This document shows, piece after piece, positions 18,401-27,256 of a stretch of DNA of 64,000 nucleotides. Source of the DNA: Devosia sp. (GTDB lineage: Bacteria; Pseudomonadota; Alphaproteobacteria; Rhizobiales; Devosiaceae); assembly GCF_014860165.1 (NCBI RefSeq), contig NZ_JACZKG010000062.1, positions 46,507 through 110,506 of the forward strand. Direction: 5' to 3'. The notes under the pieces are model-generated. The model did no database searches and was not told the DNA's origin. It worked only from the letters and a program-made list of their open reading frames with translations. The translations under genes and the position numbers were made by a program. Numbering within the stretch: the stretch's first letter is position 1; every line of letters begins with the position of its first letter.

Positions 18401-18957
18401 TCGAAGCGCAACGGCGCCTCGGCGCTGGCCGGGAACAGGTCGATCAGCCCGCCACGCACCGCATATTCGCCGCTTTCGCGCACCGTCGGCACGCGCAGAT
18501 AGCCATTATTGGCTGCCCAGGCGATCAGCTTGTCGCTGTCGACGATCCGTCCCGTCGCCGCCGAGAAGGACATGGTCTCGACCACGTCGCGCGGCGGCAC
18601 TTTCTGGATCAGCGCATTGACCGCAGTCAGCACCACGGCGCCCCTGGCGCCTGATGTCAGCGCGGCCAGCGTGTTCATCCGCGCCGCGATGGTGACATTG
18701 TTGGGCGAAACGCGGTCATAGGGCAGACAGTCCCAGGCCGGCAGCGTCAGCACCGCATGGCCGGGCAGCATGGCAGTGAGGATATCGGCCATGCGCTGCA
18801 GCCGGCGCCCATCACGCGCCACGAACACAATGCTCGCCGCATCATCGGGCGCCGCCTCGATGCGCTGTTGCACCAGGCGCGCCAACACCATGGGCTGCAT
18901 GCCATCAGGCACATTGGCGATGGTGCGCGTCGGGCGCTGCGGGACGACTTCGTTCAT
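15472..18957 (-). CDS. mfd: Transcription-repair coupling factor
   Basis: 1161 aa; helicase motifs GDVGFGKTEVA, DEEQHFGV and TATPIPRTL, plus QLYQIRGRIGR. Confidence 0.95.
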   Translation of the reverse strand: MNEVVPQRPTRTIANVPDGMQPMVLARLVQQRIEAAPDDAASIVFVARDGRRLQRMADILTAMLPGHAVLTLPAWDCLPYDRVSPNNVTIAARMNTLAALTSGARGAVVLTAVNALIQKVPPRDVVETMSFSAATGRIVDSDKLIAWAANNGYLRVPTVRESGEYAVRGGLIDLFPASAEAPLRFDFFGSQLESIRTFDPDSQRTTGQLKRVDLTPMSEVVLTDETIRRFRQNYTATFGGNTVDDTLYASVSGGSRYSGTEHWLPFFYEHLDTLADYVGDAPFVFDEQAAEAYADRVTQVRDYYEAREAARLAPVVAGSGAPYKPVKPELLYAVDAHPYALSGASVIQLSQFMAPGTKAVDDAGGHIAPSFAAERQATDTNLFQSVVDRLLAERRNGRRAVIACWSTGTRDRMVQVLKDHGLTNPRLAENWRDAETTSAATTSLVVLPLETGFETKDLLVLSEQDILGERILRPQRKKKASDALTEAASLNAGDLVVHVDHGIGRFIGLKVIEAGGAPHECVELEYGGDTKLYLPVENIELLTRYGSDDGHVTLDKLGGVAWQAKKGKLKKRIREMAEQLIKIAAARLLTRADVVEINAGAYDEFAARFPYEETEDQMAAIEAVFDDVTSGRVMDRLVCGDVGFGKTEVALRAAFAVALSGKQVAVVVPTTLLARQHFKTFSERFKGLPVRVRHASRMVSAAELKATKEGLADGQVDIVVGTHALLSKTIRFKDLGLLIIDEEQHFGVGHKERLKELKANVHVLTLTATPIPRTLQLALTGVRDLSLLATPPVDRLAIRTFISPFDALSVREALLREKYRGGQSFYVVPRIADQHEIAEFLKAQVPEVSFVVANGQMAPGELDDIMNAFYDNKFDVLVATTIVESGLDIPNANTLIVHRADHFGLAQLYQIRGRIGRAKQRAYALFTVPPDRKLTDTAERRLGVLQSLESLGAGFQLASHDLDIRGAGNLLGDEQSGHIREVGYELYQAMLEEAVANLKSGDEEYEDRNEWSPQISLGMPVMIPEHYIPDLQLRMQLYRRLGDLTDIRDIDAAGAELIDRFGPLPEEVEALLKVILVKALCRQANVEKVDAGPKGAVISLRNNEFPNPTALVRLVSDPANQVRIKPDQKLVFARNWPTPNDRLKGAAAILSRLAKLAENAS

Positions 18958-19244
18958 TTGGCCAGCCGCGCCTGATGGTCGGCGATCACCTCAGCAAGGA
19001 AGTCGCGGTCGACATTGGCGGGGGGCTCTTCCTGCCCCATGACCCACTTGAGCAGCGGCGGGTCTTCCTCGTTCATGAGGGCTTCCAGCCTGTCCAGATT
19101 CCGTTCGTCCATGCCCTCGGTATGGGCGTCGGCATAGGGTCCCAGGATCAGATCCATCTCCTTGGTCCCCCGGTGCCAGGCCCGGTAGCGCAGCTTCTTG
19201 CGGCGCACGGCAATATCTTCACCGGCAGTCATTTGACGCGCCAT
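18954..19244 (-). CDS. sdhE: FAD assembly factor SdhE (succinate dehydrogenase assembly factor 2 homologue, DUF339)
   Basis: RRKKLRYRAWHRGTKEMDLILGPYAD...DRLEALMNEEDPPLLKWV, with a 4-nt overlap with mfd. The start is at 19244 or 19232. Confidence 0.8.
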   Translation of the reverse strand: MARQMTAGEDIAVRRKKLRYRAWHRGTKEMDLILGPYADAHTEGMDERNLDRLEALMNEEDPPLLKWVMGQEEPPANVDRDFLAEVIADHQARLAK

Positions 19245-19375
19245 GATCCTGAGTTTGTTCCCGATTTGGACACACCTCTTACGCGGATTAATCCAGATTG
19301 TCAGCCACCAATTCCCGAGGGGTGACGGGGTTCCCATCACCGGCTAGCTTGCCGTCCAAGGAGCCAGAGAGAATC

Positions 19376-21484
19376 GTGAGCCGCCCGGAATCCCTATCGC
19401 CGCTGTTTCGCTCGCTGCACTCGATCAAGGGTGTCGGCGACAAGCTGGCTGCGCTGCTGACGCGCTATTTTGGTGCGCCCGAGGGCCAGGAGGCAATCGC
19501 CCTCGATATCCTGATGCACATGCCATCAGGCGTAGTCGACCGCCGCCGGCAGGTGGGCATCGCCGAGGCCTATCTCAACCAGATCGTCACACTGAAACTG
19601 CACATCGACCGTCACCAGCCGCCGCCGCGCGGCCGCGAGCATATCCCGCACCGGGTTTTCGCCCATGATGACACGGGTGACGTGCAACTGGTGTTCTTCC
19701 GGGCCCAGGGCGGCTGGGTGGAAAAGGCCCTGCCCGTTGGCGAAGAGCGCTTCGTCTCCGGCCAGATAGGTTTCTTCAACGGCGACAAGCAGATCACCCA
19801 CCCCGACTACATCGTCGAGGCCGACAAGTTCGACACCCTGCCGCTGGTCGAGCCGGTCTATCCGCTGACCCAGGGTCTCAGTTCCAAGGCGCTCGCCAAG
19901 CTGGTGCGGCAGGTCGTGGATGGCCTGCCCGATATCCCCGAATGGATCGACGATGCTACAATGGCGCAACGCCGCTGGCCGAGCTTTGCCGAGGCGATGC
20001 GTGCCGTGCATCTGCCTGATGATCCCGACCAGGCCCAGCTATGGTCCCCTGCCCGCCAACGCCTTGCCTATGATGAATATCTGGCCGGCCAGCTGACCCT
20101 GCAGCTGATCCGCTCGACCATGGTTGCGGCCCGCGGCATCAGCCGCACTTTCACCGGTGAGGTGACGGCAAAGGTTAGCAGTCTGCTACCCTATACCCTC
20201 ACCGAGGGGCAGTTGCGGGCACTCGATGAGATAAGGGCTGACCTCGCCTCACCCGACCGCATGTCGCGCCTGCTGCAGGGCGATGTCGGCGCCGGAAAGA
20301 CGGTCGTGGCGCTGATGGCCATGGCTGCCATGGCCGAGAGCGGCGCCCAGTCGGCCCTCATGGCGCCGACCGAAATCCTCGCCGCGCAGCACTTCAAGAC
20401 CTTGAAACCACTGTGCGACTCCGCCGGCCTCGGCTGCGAACTGCTGACCGGCAAGATGCCGGCCGCCGAGCGCCGCGCCAAGTTGGCCGGCATAGCCAGC
20501 GGCGAAACCACGATAGTGGTCGGCACCCATGCGCTGTTCCAGTCCGGGGTGGAATTCCACAATCTGGGCCTCACCGTCGTCGACGAGCAGCACCGCTTCG
20601 GCGTGCACCAGCGCCTGGCCCTGTCCGACAAGGGCAAGCATACCGATCTCCTCGTCATGACCGCCACGCCGATCCCGCGTACGCTGGTGCTCACCCACTT
20701 TGGCGACATGGCTGTCAGCGTGCTGCGCGAAAAGCCGCGCGGCCGCCAACCCATTGATACGGCGGTGCTTTCCATCGGCGACTATGACCGGGTCATCTCG
20801 CGATTGCAGGCCCGTCTCGCAGAGGGCGCCCAAGCCTTCTGGGTCTGCCCACTGGTCGAGGAAAGCGAGCATCTCGAGGTCGTCGCCGCCGAAGATCGCT
20901 TCGCCGAGCTGCAAAAAGTGTTCGGCGACCAGGTTGCCCTGGTGCATGGGCGCATGAGCGCTGCCGCCAAGCAGGAGGTTATGCGGCGCTTTTCAGCCAA
21001 TGAACTCAAGCTGTTGGTCGCCACAACCGTCATCGAAGTCGGCGTCGACGTTCCCAATGCCTCGATCATGATCATCGAGCATGCCGAGCGTTTCGGCCTT
21101 GCCCAGCTCCACCAGCTACGCGGGCGCGTCGGCCGCGGCTCGCAGCGCTCGGCCTGCCTGCTGCTCTACAAGGATCCGCTGAGCGAGACCGCAAAGGCCC
21201 GCCTGGAAACGATAAAATCCACCGAAGACGGCTTCGAGATCGCCGAGAAGGACCTGGAGCTCCGTGGCCAGGGCGACGTGCTGGGCACAAGGCAGTCCGG
21301 TATGCCCGGTTATCGGCTCGCCGTGCCTGATGTGCACCGGCACCTGCTCGACTATGCCCATGACGAAGCCAAGGCCCTGCTGGCCCGCAATCCGGGCCTT
21401 AGCGGCGCGGAGGGCGAGGCCGCCCGTACGCTGTTGTATTTGTTCCGGAAAGACCTGGCGATCCCGCTAATAAGGGCGGGATAG
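19376..21484 (+). CDS. recG: ATP-dependent DNA helicase RecG
   Basis: Motifs RLLQGDVGAGKTVVA, DEQHRFGV, TATPIPRTL and LHQLRGRVGRG. I prefer the GTG at 19376, downstream of AAGGAG, over the track start at 19298. Confidence 0.9.
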   Translation: MSRPESLSPLFRSLHSIKGVGDKLAALLTRYFGAPEGQEAIALDILMHMPSGVVDRRRQVGIAEAYLNQIVTLKLHIDRHQPPPRGREHIPHRVFAHDDTGDVQLVFFRAQGGWVEKALPVGEERFVSGQIGFFNGDKQITHPDYIVEADKFDTLPLVEPVYPLTQGLSSKALAKLVRQVVDGLPDIPEWIDDATMAQRRWPSFAEAMRAVHLPDDPDQAQLWSPARQRLAYDEYLAGQLTLQLIRSTMVAARGISRTFTGEVTAKVSSLLPYTLTEGQLRALDEIRADLASPDRMSRLLQGDVGAGKTVVALMAMAAMAESGAQSALMAPTEILAAQHFKTLKPLCDSAGLGCELLTGKMPAAERRAKLAGIASGETTIVVGTHALFQSGVEFHNLGLTVVDEQHRFGVHQRLALSDKGKHTDLLVMTATPIPRTLVLTHFGDMAVSVLREKPRGRQPIDTAVLSIGDYDRVISRLQARLAEGAQAFWVCPLVEESEHLEVVAAEDRFAELQKVFGDQVALVHGRMSAAAKQEVMRRFSANELKLLVATTVIEVGVDVPNASIMIIEHAERFGLAQLHQLRGRVGRGSQRSACLLLYKDPLSETAKARLETIKSTEDGFEIAEKDLELRGQGDVLGTRQSGMPGYRLAVPDVHRHLLDYAHDEAKALLARNPGLSGAEGEAARTLLYLFRKDLAIPLIRAG

Positions 21485-21508
21485 CACCATTCCGCCCCAA
21501 CCTGGATC

Positions 21509-21591
21509 GTCACCCTCGGGCTTGACCCGAGGGTCCTGTACTTGCCGAACATCCAGTAGTGCAGTGCCCTCGGGTCAAGCCTGAGGGTGAC
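21509..21591. repeat. 83-bp nested-palindrome element (arms GTCACCCTCGGGCTTGACCCGAGGGTC / GCCCTCGGGTCAAGCCTGAGGGTGAC)
   Basis: Each arm is a hairpin, and the two arms are inverted copies with 2 mismatches. It lies between convergent recG and glmS. A second copy of the same family is at 33427-33512. Confidence 0.7.
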
Positions 21592-21613
21592 GTCCGGTGT
21601 GCGAGGAGGAGTA

Positions 21614-23440
21614 CTATTCTACCGTCACCGACTTCGCCAAATTCCTCGGCTGGTCCACATCCGTGCCCATGAATACGGCGGTGTGATAGGCCAGCAGCTG
21701 CACCGGGATGGTCGCCAGGATCGGCGCGACGAAGCTCGAAACGTGTGGAATAACAATGACGTCTGCCACACCTTGCCCCACCGTGGCGGCGCCTTCGGCG
21801 TCGGTGATCAGGATGATCTTGCCACCGCGGGCGGCGACTTCCTGCATGTTGGAAAGGGTCTTGTCGACCAGTTCGTCCGATGGCGCTACGACGATGACGG
21901 GCATATCTTCGTCCACCAGCGCGATGGGGCCATGCTTTAGTTCACCTGCTGCATAACCTTCGGCATGTATGTAGCTGATTTCCTTGAGCTTCAGCGCCCC
22001 TTCCATGGCTATGGGGAACATCGGGCCGCGGCCGAGATAGAGCACGTCCTTGGCCTTGGACAGGCGCTTGGCGATCTCCATGATTTGCGTTTCGGTGGCC
22101 AAAGCCTCCGAAACTGCTGCAGGCAAGCCTACAAGTTGCCGCACGAATTCTTGCTCTTTGCTGGCATCCAGCACGCCGCGTGCTCGGCCCGCCGCGATGG
22201 CCAGGCTGGCAAGGGCCGTCAACTGCGCAGTCAGCGCCTTGGTCGAGGCGACGCCGATTTCGGGACCGCAGAGGATGGGGAACACGACGGACGATTCGCG
22301 GGCAATGGTGGATTCCAGCGTGTTGACCAACGAGGCCACGTGCTGCCCTTGCCCCGCGCAGTAGCGCAAAGCCGCCAGCGTGTCAGCAGTCTCGCCCGAC
22401 TGCGAGATGAAGAGCGACAGCCCGCCCTTTTCCAGCGGCGGCTCGCGATAGCGGAACTCGGAGGCGACGTCGATATCGACCGGCAGCCGGGCATAGCGCT
22501 CGAACCAGTATTTGGCCACTGCACCAGCCAGGTAGGCCGTGCCGCAGGCGCTGATGGTCAGCCGGCTGAGATCGGCCCAGTCGAAGGGCAGCACCTCGCG
22601 TATGGCCACCCGTTCGGCGCCCATGTCCACATAGTGGCTGAGCGTATGGGAGATGGTCTCGGGCTGCTCGTAGATTTCCTTGGCCATGAAATGGCGGTGG
22701 TTGCCCTTGTCCACCATCAGCGCCGAAGCCTGCGAGATCTGCTGCTCGCGCTGCACGATGGCGTCCTTGCCGTCGCGGATGGTGACGCCGGCCGGGGTGA
22801 TGACGGCCCAGTCGCCGTCCTCGAGATAGGTCAGGCGCGAGGTGAACGGCGCCAGCGCCATGGCGTCTGAGCCGAGATACATCTCGGTGGTGCCATAGCC
22901 GATGGCTAGCGGCGCCCCGTGGCGGGCGGCAATCAGCAGCCCCTCTTCGCCTTTGAAGAGGAAGGCCAGCGCGAACGCGCCCTTGAGGTGCTTGAGCGTC
23001 CGCGCCACGGCCAGTTCGGGGTCCGCCCCGTTGGCCAGTTCACGGGTGACCCACAGCGCCACCGATTCCGTATCGGTCTGCGTCTTGGGCAGGTAGCCGT
23101 CCCTGGCGAGATCGGCCAGCATGTCGCGGTAGTTCTCGATGATGCCGTTATGGACCACGGCCACACGATCGGTGGCATGGGGATGGGCATTCTGCTCGGT
23201 CGGAGCGCCATGCGTGGCCCAGCGGGTGTGGCCGATGCCGATGCGTCCACCCAGCGGCTCGAAATTCAGCTTTTGCGCCAGGTTGCCCAGCTTGCCTTCG
23301 GCGCGGCGACGGGAAATGTCGCCGCCCTCCAACGTCGCCACCCCGGCGCTGTCATAACCGCGATATTCGAGGCGCTTGAGGGCGTCCACGAGACGAACAG
23401 CAACGGGTTCGCTGCCTACAATGCCGACGATGCCGCACAT
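21614..23440 (-). CDS. glmS: Glutamine--fructose-6-phosphate aminotransferase (isomerizing)
   Basis: N-terminal MCGIVGIVG and C-terminal DQPRNLAKSVTVE. The start lies 1 nt after the glmU stop. Confidence 0.95.
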   Translation of the reverse strand: MCGIVGIVGSEPVAVRLVDALKRLEYRGYDSAGVATLEGGDISRRRAEGKLGNLAQKLNFEPLGGRIGIGHTRWATHGAPTEQNAHPHATDRVAVVHNGIIENYRDMLADLARDGYLPKTQTDTESVALWVTRELANGADPELAVARTLKHLKGAFALAFLFKGEEGLLIAARHGAPLAIGYGTTEMYLGSDAMALAPFTSRLTYLEDGDWAVITPAGVTIRDGKDAIVQREQQISQASALMVDKGNHRHFMAKEIYEQPETISHTLSHYVDMGAERVAIREVLPFDWADLSRLTISACGTAYLAGAVAKYWFERYARLPVDIDVASEFRYREPPLEKGGLSLFISQSGETADTLAALRYCAGQGQHVASLVNTLESTIARESSVVFPILCGPEIGVASTKALTAQLTALASLAIAAGRARGVLDASKEQEFVRQLVGLPAAVSEALATETQIMEIAKRLSKAKDVLYLGRGPMFPIAMEGALKLKEISYIHAEGYAAGELKHGPIALVDEDMPVIVVAPSDELVDKTLSNMQEVAARGGKIILITDAEGAATVGQGVADVIVIPHVSSFVAPILATIPVQLLAYHTAVFMGTDVDQPRNLAKSVTVE

Positions 23441-23441
23441 G

Positions 23442-24794
23442 TCAGTTGCCCTTCTTCGCTTGCTTCTTGGCCTTGGCGGCCGCAAAAATTTCCTTGGCCC
23501 GACCGGGCTTGTTTACCTGGCGGGCCCGGCCCAGCGCCAGCGCGTCGGCCTCGACATCCTCGGTAATGACACTGCCGCTGGCGACCAGCGCTCCGGCGCC
23601 CACGGTAACCGGGGCGACCAGCGCGGCGTTAGAGCCGATGAAGGCGCCGTCACCGACCACGGTGCGGTGCTTGTTGTAACCATCATAGTTCACGGTGATG
23701 ACGCCGGCACCGATATTCACGTCGGCGCCGATACTGGCATCGCCGATATAGGTCAGGTGGCTCACCTTGGCGCCCTTGCCGATCTCGGCCTTCTTGATCT
23801 CGACGAAATTGCCGATCTTGGCGCCCTCGCCCAGGTTCGCCTCCGGCCGCAGCCGCGCAAACGGGCCCACCGAGGCATTGCGGCCCACATGGGCGCCCTC
23901 GATATGGCTGAAGGCATGGATCACCGCGCCCTCCTCGATCACCACGCCCGGCCCGAACACGACATTGGGCTCGATGGTCACATCACGCGCAATCTGGGTG
24001 TCATAGGAGAACCAGACGCTTTTGGGGTCCTTGAGCGTCACGCCGGCCTTCATGAAATCGGAGCGGCGCAGTTCCTGGAACGTCGCCTCGGCCTGGGCCA
24101 GCTTGGTGCGGTCATCGACGCCGATCAGCTCATTGGCGTCAGCCTCGATATAGTCGATCCGGCGCCCATCGGCCGATGCCAGTTCGACGGCGTCGGTGAG
24201 GTAGTATTCGCCCTTGGCGTTCTTGTTGTCGATCCGGTCGATAACGGCACGCAGGGTGTCGCCGCGGAAGCCGATAATGCCGGAATTGCAGAGGCCGATG
24301 GTCCGCTCGGCCTCGGTGGCATCCTTGTGCTCGCGGATGGCGACCACGCGGCCATTCTCGGTCAGGAGTCGCCCATAGCCAGTGGGATCGCCGGGCCGGA
24401 AGCCGACCACGACCATATCGGCGCCTGCGTCGAGGCGGGTGGCAATCTCGGTGATGGTCGCCGCGGTCACCAGGGGCGTATCGGCATAGAGCACCAGGAT
24501 ATGGCCCGGCGCGGCATCATAGGATGGCTTGGCCTGCAGCACGGCATGGCCGGTGCCCAGGCGCTGCTCCTGCCGGGAAATGGCGGCGCCAGGCGCAATT
24601 TCGGTCACCGCGGCTTCCACGGCCTCGTGGTTCGGGCCGACGACAACGGCGATCTGGGCGCCAAAGGCCTGCACGGTGCGGACGACGTGACTGACCACGG
24701 GCAGCCCGCCCACGGGATGAAGAACCTTGGGTGTCGCCGATCGCATGCGCGTGCCCTCGCCCGCAGCAAGAATGATCGACAGCAGCTCAGTCAT
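23442..24794 (-). CDS. glmU: Bifunctional UDP-N-acetylglucosamine pyrophosphorylase / glucosamine-1-phosphate N-acetyltransferase
   Basis: LAAGEGTRMRS N-terminal motif and C-terminal left-handed beta-helix hexapeptide repeats (IGADVNIGAGVITVNYDG). Confidence 0.95.
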   Translation of the reverse strand: MTELLSIILAAGEGTRMRSATPKVLHPVGGLPVVSHVVRTVQAFGAQIAVVVGPNHEAVEAAVTEIAPGAAISRQEQRLGTGHAVLQAKPSYDAAPGHILVLYADTPLVTAATITEIATRLDAGADMVVVGFRPGDPTGYGRLLTENGRVVAIREHKDATEAERTIGLCNSGIIGFRGDTLRAVIDRIDNKNAKGEYYLTDAVELASADGRRIDYIEADANELIGVDDRTKLAQAEATFQELRRSDFMKAGVTLKDPKSVWFSYDTQIARDVTIEPNVVFGPGVVIEEGAVIHAFSHIEGAHVGRNASVGPFARLRPEANLGEGAKIGNFVEIKKAEIGKGAKVSHLTYIGDASIGADVNIGAGVITVNYDGYNKHRTVVGDGAFIGSNAALVAPVTVGAGALVASGSVITEDVEADALALGRARQVNKPGRAKEIFAAAKAKKQAKKGN

Positions 24795-24932
24795 GAAGGT
24801 TTCTCCGAGGCGTTCTTTTGCAACGCATTTTCACAGGATTATGGCAGCCAAGAGTTGGCGAACCCATAATGGCAGCGCCATGGTTGAATCAGGTGCATCG
24901 TCTGATTCGACTGCGCCCCCAGGATATTTGCA

Positions 24933-25721
24933 TTGGCTAGAGCATCGGAACAATTCCGGCAATCGGACGTGACGACCTGGGGCATCGTTGCCCTGGTACT
25001 GTCGGGCATTGCCGTGATGGGGGCCAATGTTTCCGCTGTCATGCCCCAGGGGGTGCTGGCAGGCCTGCACAAGACCAGGATCGAGGGCGCATCGCTCGAG
25101 CAGTTGCGGGTGCAGGTGAGGGAACTCCGCGAGGAGCAGATCCGGCTCAAGCGCGAAAACGGCGTCCTCACGGCGCGCTTTGCCCTTGATGAGCAGAGGG
25201 GCAACGAGATCACGCGCCGCGTCGGTGCCCTCGAAGTCAGCCTGCCGGTGCTGCTCGAATCCCTGCCCGACGACTCCAATATCGACCGCAGCAATCTTAC
25301 CGCGGCGATCGGCACGGATCCGGCGCTGGTCTATGAGGCCGATGGGGGCTCGGTGGTGGTGCGCCAGCAGCCCATGGCAGAGGCGCTGCCGGTGCCCGCC
25401 AGCGATCAGCCGCTGCCCGCGCCCGTGGAACAGCTCGCCGCGATCCCGGTGCCTGATGAGACCGCTTTCGGCGTGGCGCTCGGTTTACCCGTGGCGTTTG
25501 AACAGGCGCCGGAAGCCTGGCGCGACCTGACCATGAAGATCGGGCCGCTGCTGTTCGGCCTGGCACCACTGCTGGTCGAAGAGGCCAATAGCGACAACCA
25601 GCGCATCGTCGTTGGTCCCATCAACCAGCTCTCGGAGGCGACTGCCCTCTGCGCCAGGCTCGAACGCCTGTCGGTATCGTGCCTGCCAATGCCATTTACC
25701 GGAACGCCGCTGGCCCATTAG
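24933..25721 (+). CDS. Hypothetical membrane-anchored protein with a coiled-coil segment and a SPOR-like C-terminal region (start uncertain)
   Basis: One TM segment (WGIVALVLSGIAVMGANVSAV), a Glu/Arg/Leu-rich segment, and the C-terminus FGVALG...QRIVVGPINQLSEATALCARL. The start is TTG, or the in-frame GTG a few codons before the TM segment. The SPOR assignment is tentative. Confidence 0.5.
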   Translation: MARASEQFRQSDVTTWGIVALVLSGIAVMGANVSAVMPQGVLAGLHKTRIEGASLEQLRVQVRELREEQIRLKRENGVLTARFALDEQRGNEITRRVGALEVSLPVLLESLPDDSNIDRSNLTAAIGTDPALVYEADGGSVVVRQQPMAEALPVPASDQPLPAPVEQLAAIPVPDETAFGVALGLPVAFEQAPEAWRDLTMKIGPLLFGLAPLLVEEANSDNQRIVVGPINQLSEATALCARLERLSVSCLPMPFTGTPLAH

Positions 25722-25824
25722 CGGGGCTGACCTGAACAGTCCTGGGCCATGCAGCAATTGCGGTTGACAGCAGAGGCCACGTGGCTATGTTCCGCCGCGA
25801 CGCCAGCAGCGTCAGACTTGGTGC

Positions 25825-25899
25825 GTGCCGGTAGCTCAGTGGTAGAGCATTCGACTTTTAATCGAATGGTCGAGGGTTCGACCCCCTCCCGGCATACCA
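25825..25899 (+). tRNA. tRNA-Lys (anticodon UUU), 75 nt with encoded CCA
   Basis: Hand-folded: acceptor GTGCCGG/CCGGCAT (G-U at 1:72), D-arm TAGCTCAGTGGTAGAGC, anticodon stem TTCGA/TCGAA with loop CTTTTAA, and T-arm GAGGGTTCGACCCCCTC. Confidence 0.85.
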
Positions 25900-25927
25900 T
25901 TCCCAACTTCTGATCGGGTCCGCTGCT

Positions 25928-26455
25928 TTGTCCCAGGATTTCACTGATCTGCTCAAGGTGCTGGCAACGGCGGCGCTGGTTTTCGCCGTCGGCACGCTGG
26001 CCATGCTCTACGTCATCTACCTCTTGGCGCAATATGGGGCCAACCTGCCCATGGTCGGCTCGCTGCCGCTCAGCGCGCCGCCCGAAATGGTACCCATGCT
26101 GGCCGATAACCGCCTGTTCACGACGCTGGCTGCAGCCCATGTCACGGCTGCCGGGCTGGCGCTGCTGATCGCCAGCAACACCATCGACATGGCGCTGCTG
26201 ATCGCTTCCAAGGCGGTCACTGTGGTGATTGCCGCCCTGCTCGGCTTTGTCGGCGGGCACATGATCTACCTGCAGCTCACCGAGGACACCGCCTTTGCCC
26301 TGGCGCCTCTGACCCCTGTTTTCATAGCGCTGGGAGTGTTCCTGGTGCTGTCGTCAGTGCTCAGCGTGCAGAGCCTGCGCCAGCTGGGCAACCTCCGCTT
26401 TGCGGTGGCGGCGGGGATGGTGGTGATGGGCCCGATGCTGCTGGTTTGGCTGTAG
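25928..26455 (+). CDS. Hypothetical polytopic membrane protein
   Basis: 175 aa with about five hydrophobic segments and strongly G/C-biased third positions. The TTG start is uncertain (alternative ATG at 26003). I recognise no family. Confidence 0.5.
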   Translation: MSQDFTDLLKVLATAALVFAVGTLAMLYVIYLLAQYGANLPMVGSLPLSAPPEMVPMLADNRLFTTLAAAHVTAAGLALLIASNTIDMALLIASKAVTVVIAALLGFVGGHMIYLQLTEDTAFALAPLTPVFIALGVFLVLSSVLSVQSLRQLGNLRFAVAAGMVVMGPMLLVWL

Positions 26456-26464
26456 GGCGTTCCT

Positions 26465-26489
26465 CACCTCTCCCCCTGGGGGAGAGGTG
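26465..26489. repeat. Perfect 25-nt palindrome CACCTCTCCCCC-T-GGGGGAGAGGTG between convergent genes (bidirectional terminator/REP-like)
   Basis: Read directly. Related CTCCCC..GGGGAG half-sites recur at about 5970, 6080, 14440, 14510 and 52050. Confidence 0.5.
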
Positions 26490-26496
26490 GAAGGCT

Positions 26497-27252
26497 TCAA
26501 GCCGCCAGCGTCACCACGACGGCACCGCGGGGCGTTGCCACCACGGTGTGCTCATATTGCACGCAGGGTGCGCTCGGCCGGGCGACCAGCGTCCATTCAT
26601 CGTCATCGGACTTCTGGTCCGCCATCTTGCCGCCGAGCGACAGGAAGGGCTCGATGGTGAAGACCAGGCCATTGGTCATGCGACGGCGCTCGGACTTGTC
26701 GGGCCAGGTGGCAATTTCGCCCGGCTCGTCATGCAGACTATCGCCGACGCCGTGGCTGGCCAGGTTCCGGATCAGCGTGTAACCGCCCTTCTTGGCGAAC
26801 TTGCCGATGGCTTCGCCGATATCCGCCAGCGGAGCGCCAGCCTTGACGGCATTGATGCCGGCCCACATGGCCTTCTTGCCGTCGCGGCAGAGTGCAACCA
26901 GTCGTCGATCGCCCTCCCCCAGCAGATAGGACGATCCGCAGTCGGCGAAGACGCCGTCTTTTTCCGCGGAGACGTCGATATTGACCAGGTCCCCCTCGCG
27001 CAGCACCCGCTCGCCCGGAATACCGTGGGCAATCTCCTCGTTGACCGAGATGCAGGTGGCGCCGGGGAAGTTGTAGGTCACCACGGGCGCGGACAGCGCA
27101 CCGTGCTCGGCCAGGAGCTTGGCGCCGATCTCGTCGAGCTCGGCCGTGGTCATGCCGGGACGCATGGCCGAGGCCATGGCGTCACGGGTGATGGCGCAGA
27201 TGCGGCCGATGGCCTTGAGCTTTTCGAGCTGTTCCTCGGTCGTGATGGTCAA
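26497..27252 (-). CDS. map: Type I methionine aminopeptidase
   Basis: NFPGATCISVNEEIAHGIP, GDLVNIDVS, SHGVG..LHDEP and FTIEPF metal-site motifs. The proposed TTG start is 4 nt after the pgi stop; the track ORF extends further into pgi. Confidence 0.85.
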   Translation of the reverse strand: MTITTEEQLEKLKAIGRICAITRDAMASAMRPGMTTAELDEIGAKLLAEHGALSAPVVTYNFPGATCISVNEEIAHGIPGERVLREGDLVNIDVSAEKDGVFADCGSSYLLGEGDRRLVALCRDGKKAMWAGINAVKAGAPLADIGEAIGKFAKKGGYTLIRNLASHGVGDSLHDEPGEIATWPDKSERRRMTNGLVFTIEPFLSLGGKMADQKSDDDEWTLVARPSAPCVQYEHTVVATPRGAVVVTLAA

Positions 27253-27256
27253 GCGA

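Noticed and set aside
19245-19375. LexA box between sdhE-mfd and recG (GTTCCCGATTTGGAC)
   Set aside because: The second half-site is GGAC rather than GTTC (two mismatches), so this is not a convincing operator.
23438-23490. glmS ribozyme/leader upstream of glmS
   Set aside because: The glmS ATG lies 1 nt after the glmU stop, so there is no leader to hold a ribozyme. The element is also not expected in this lineage.
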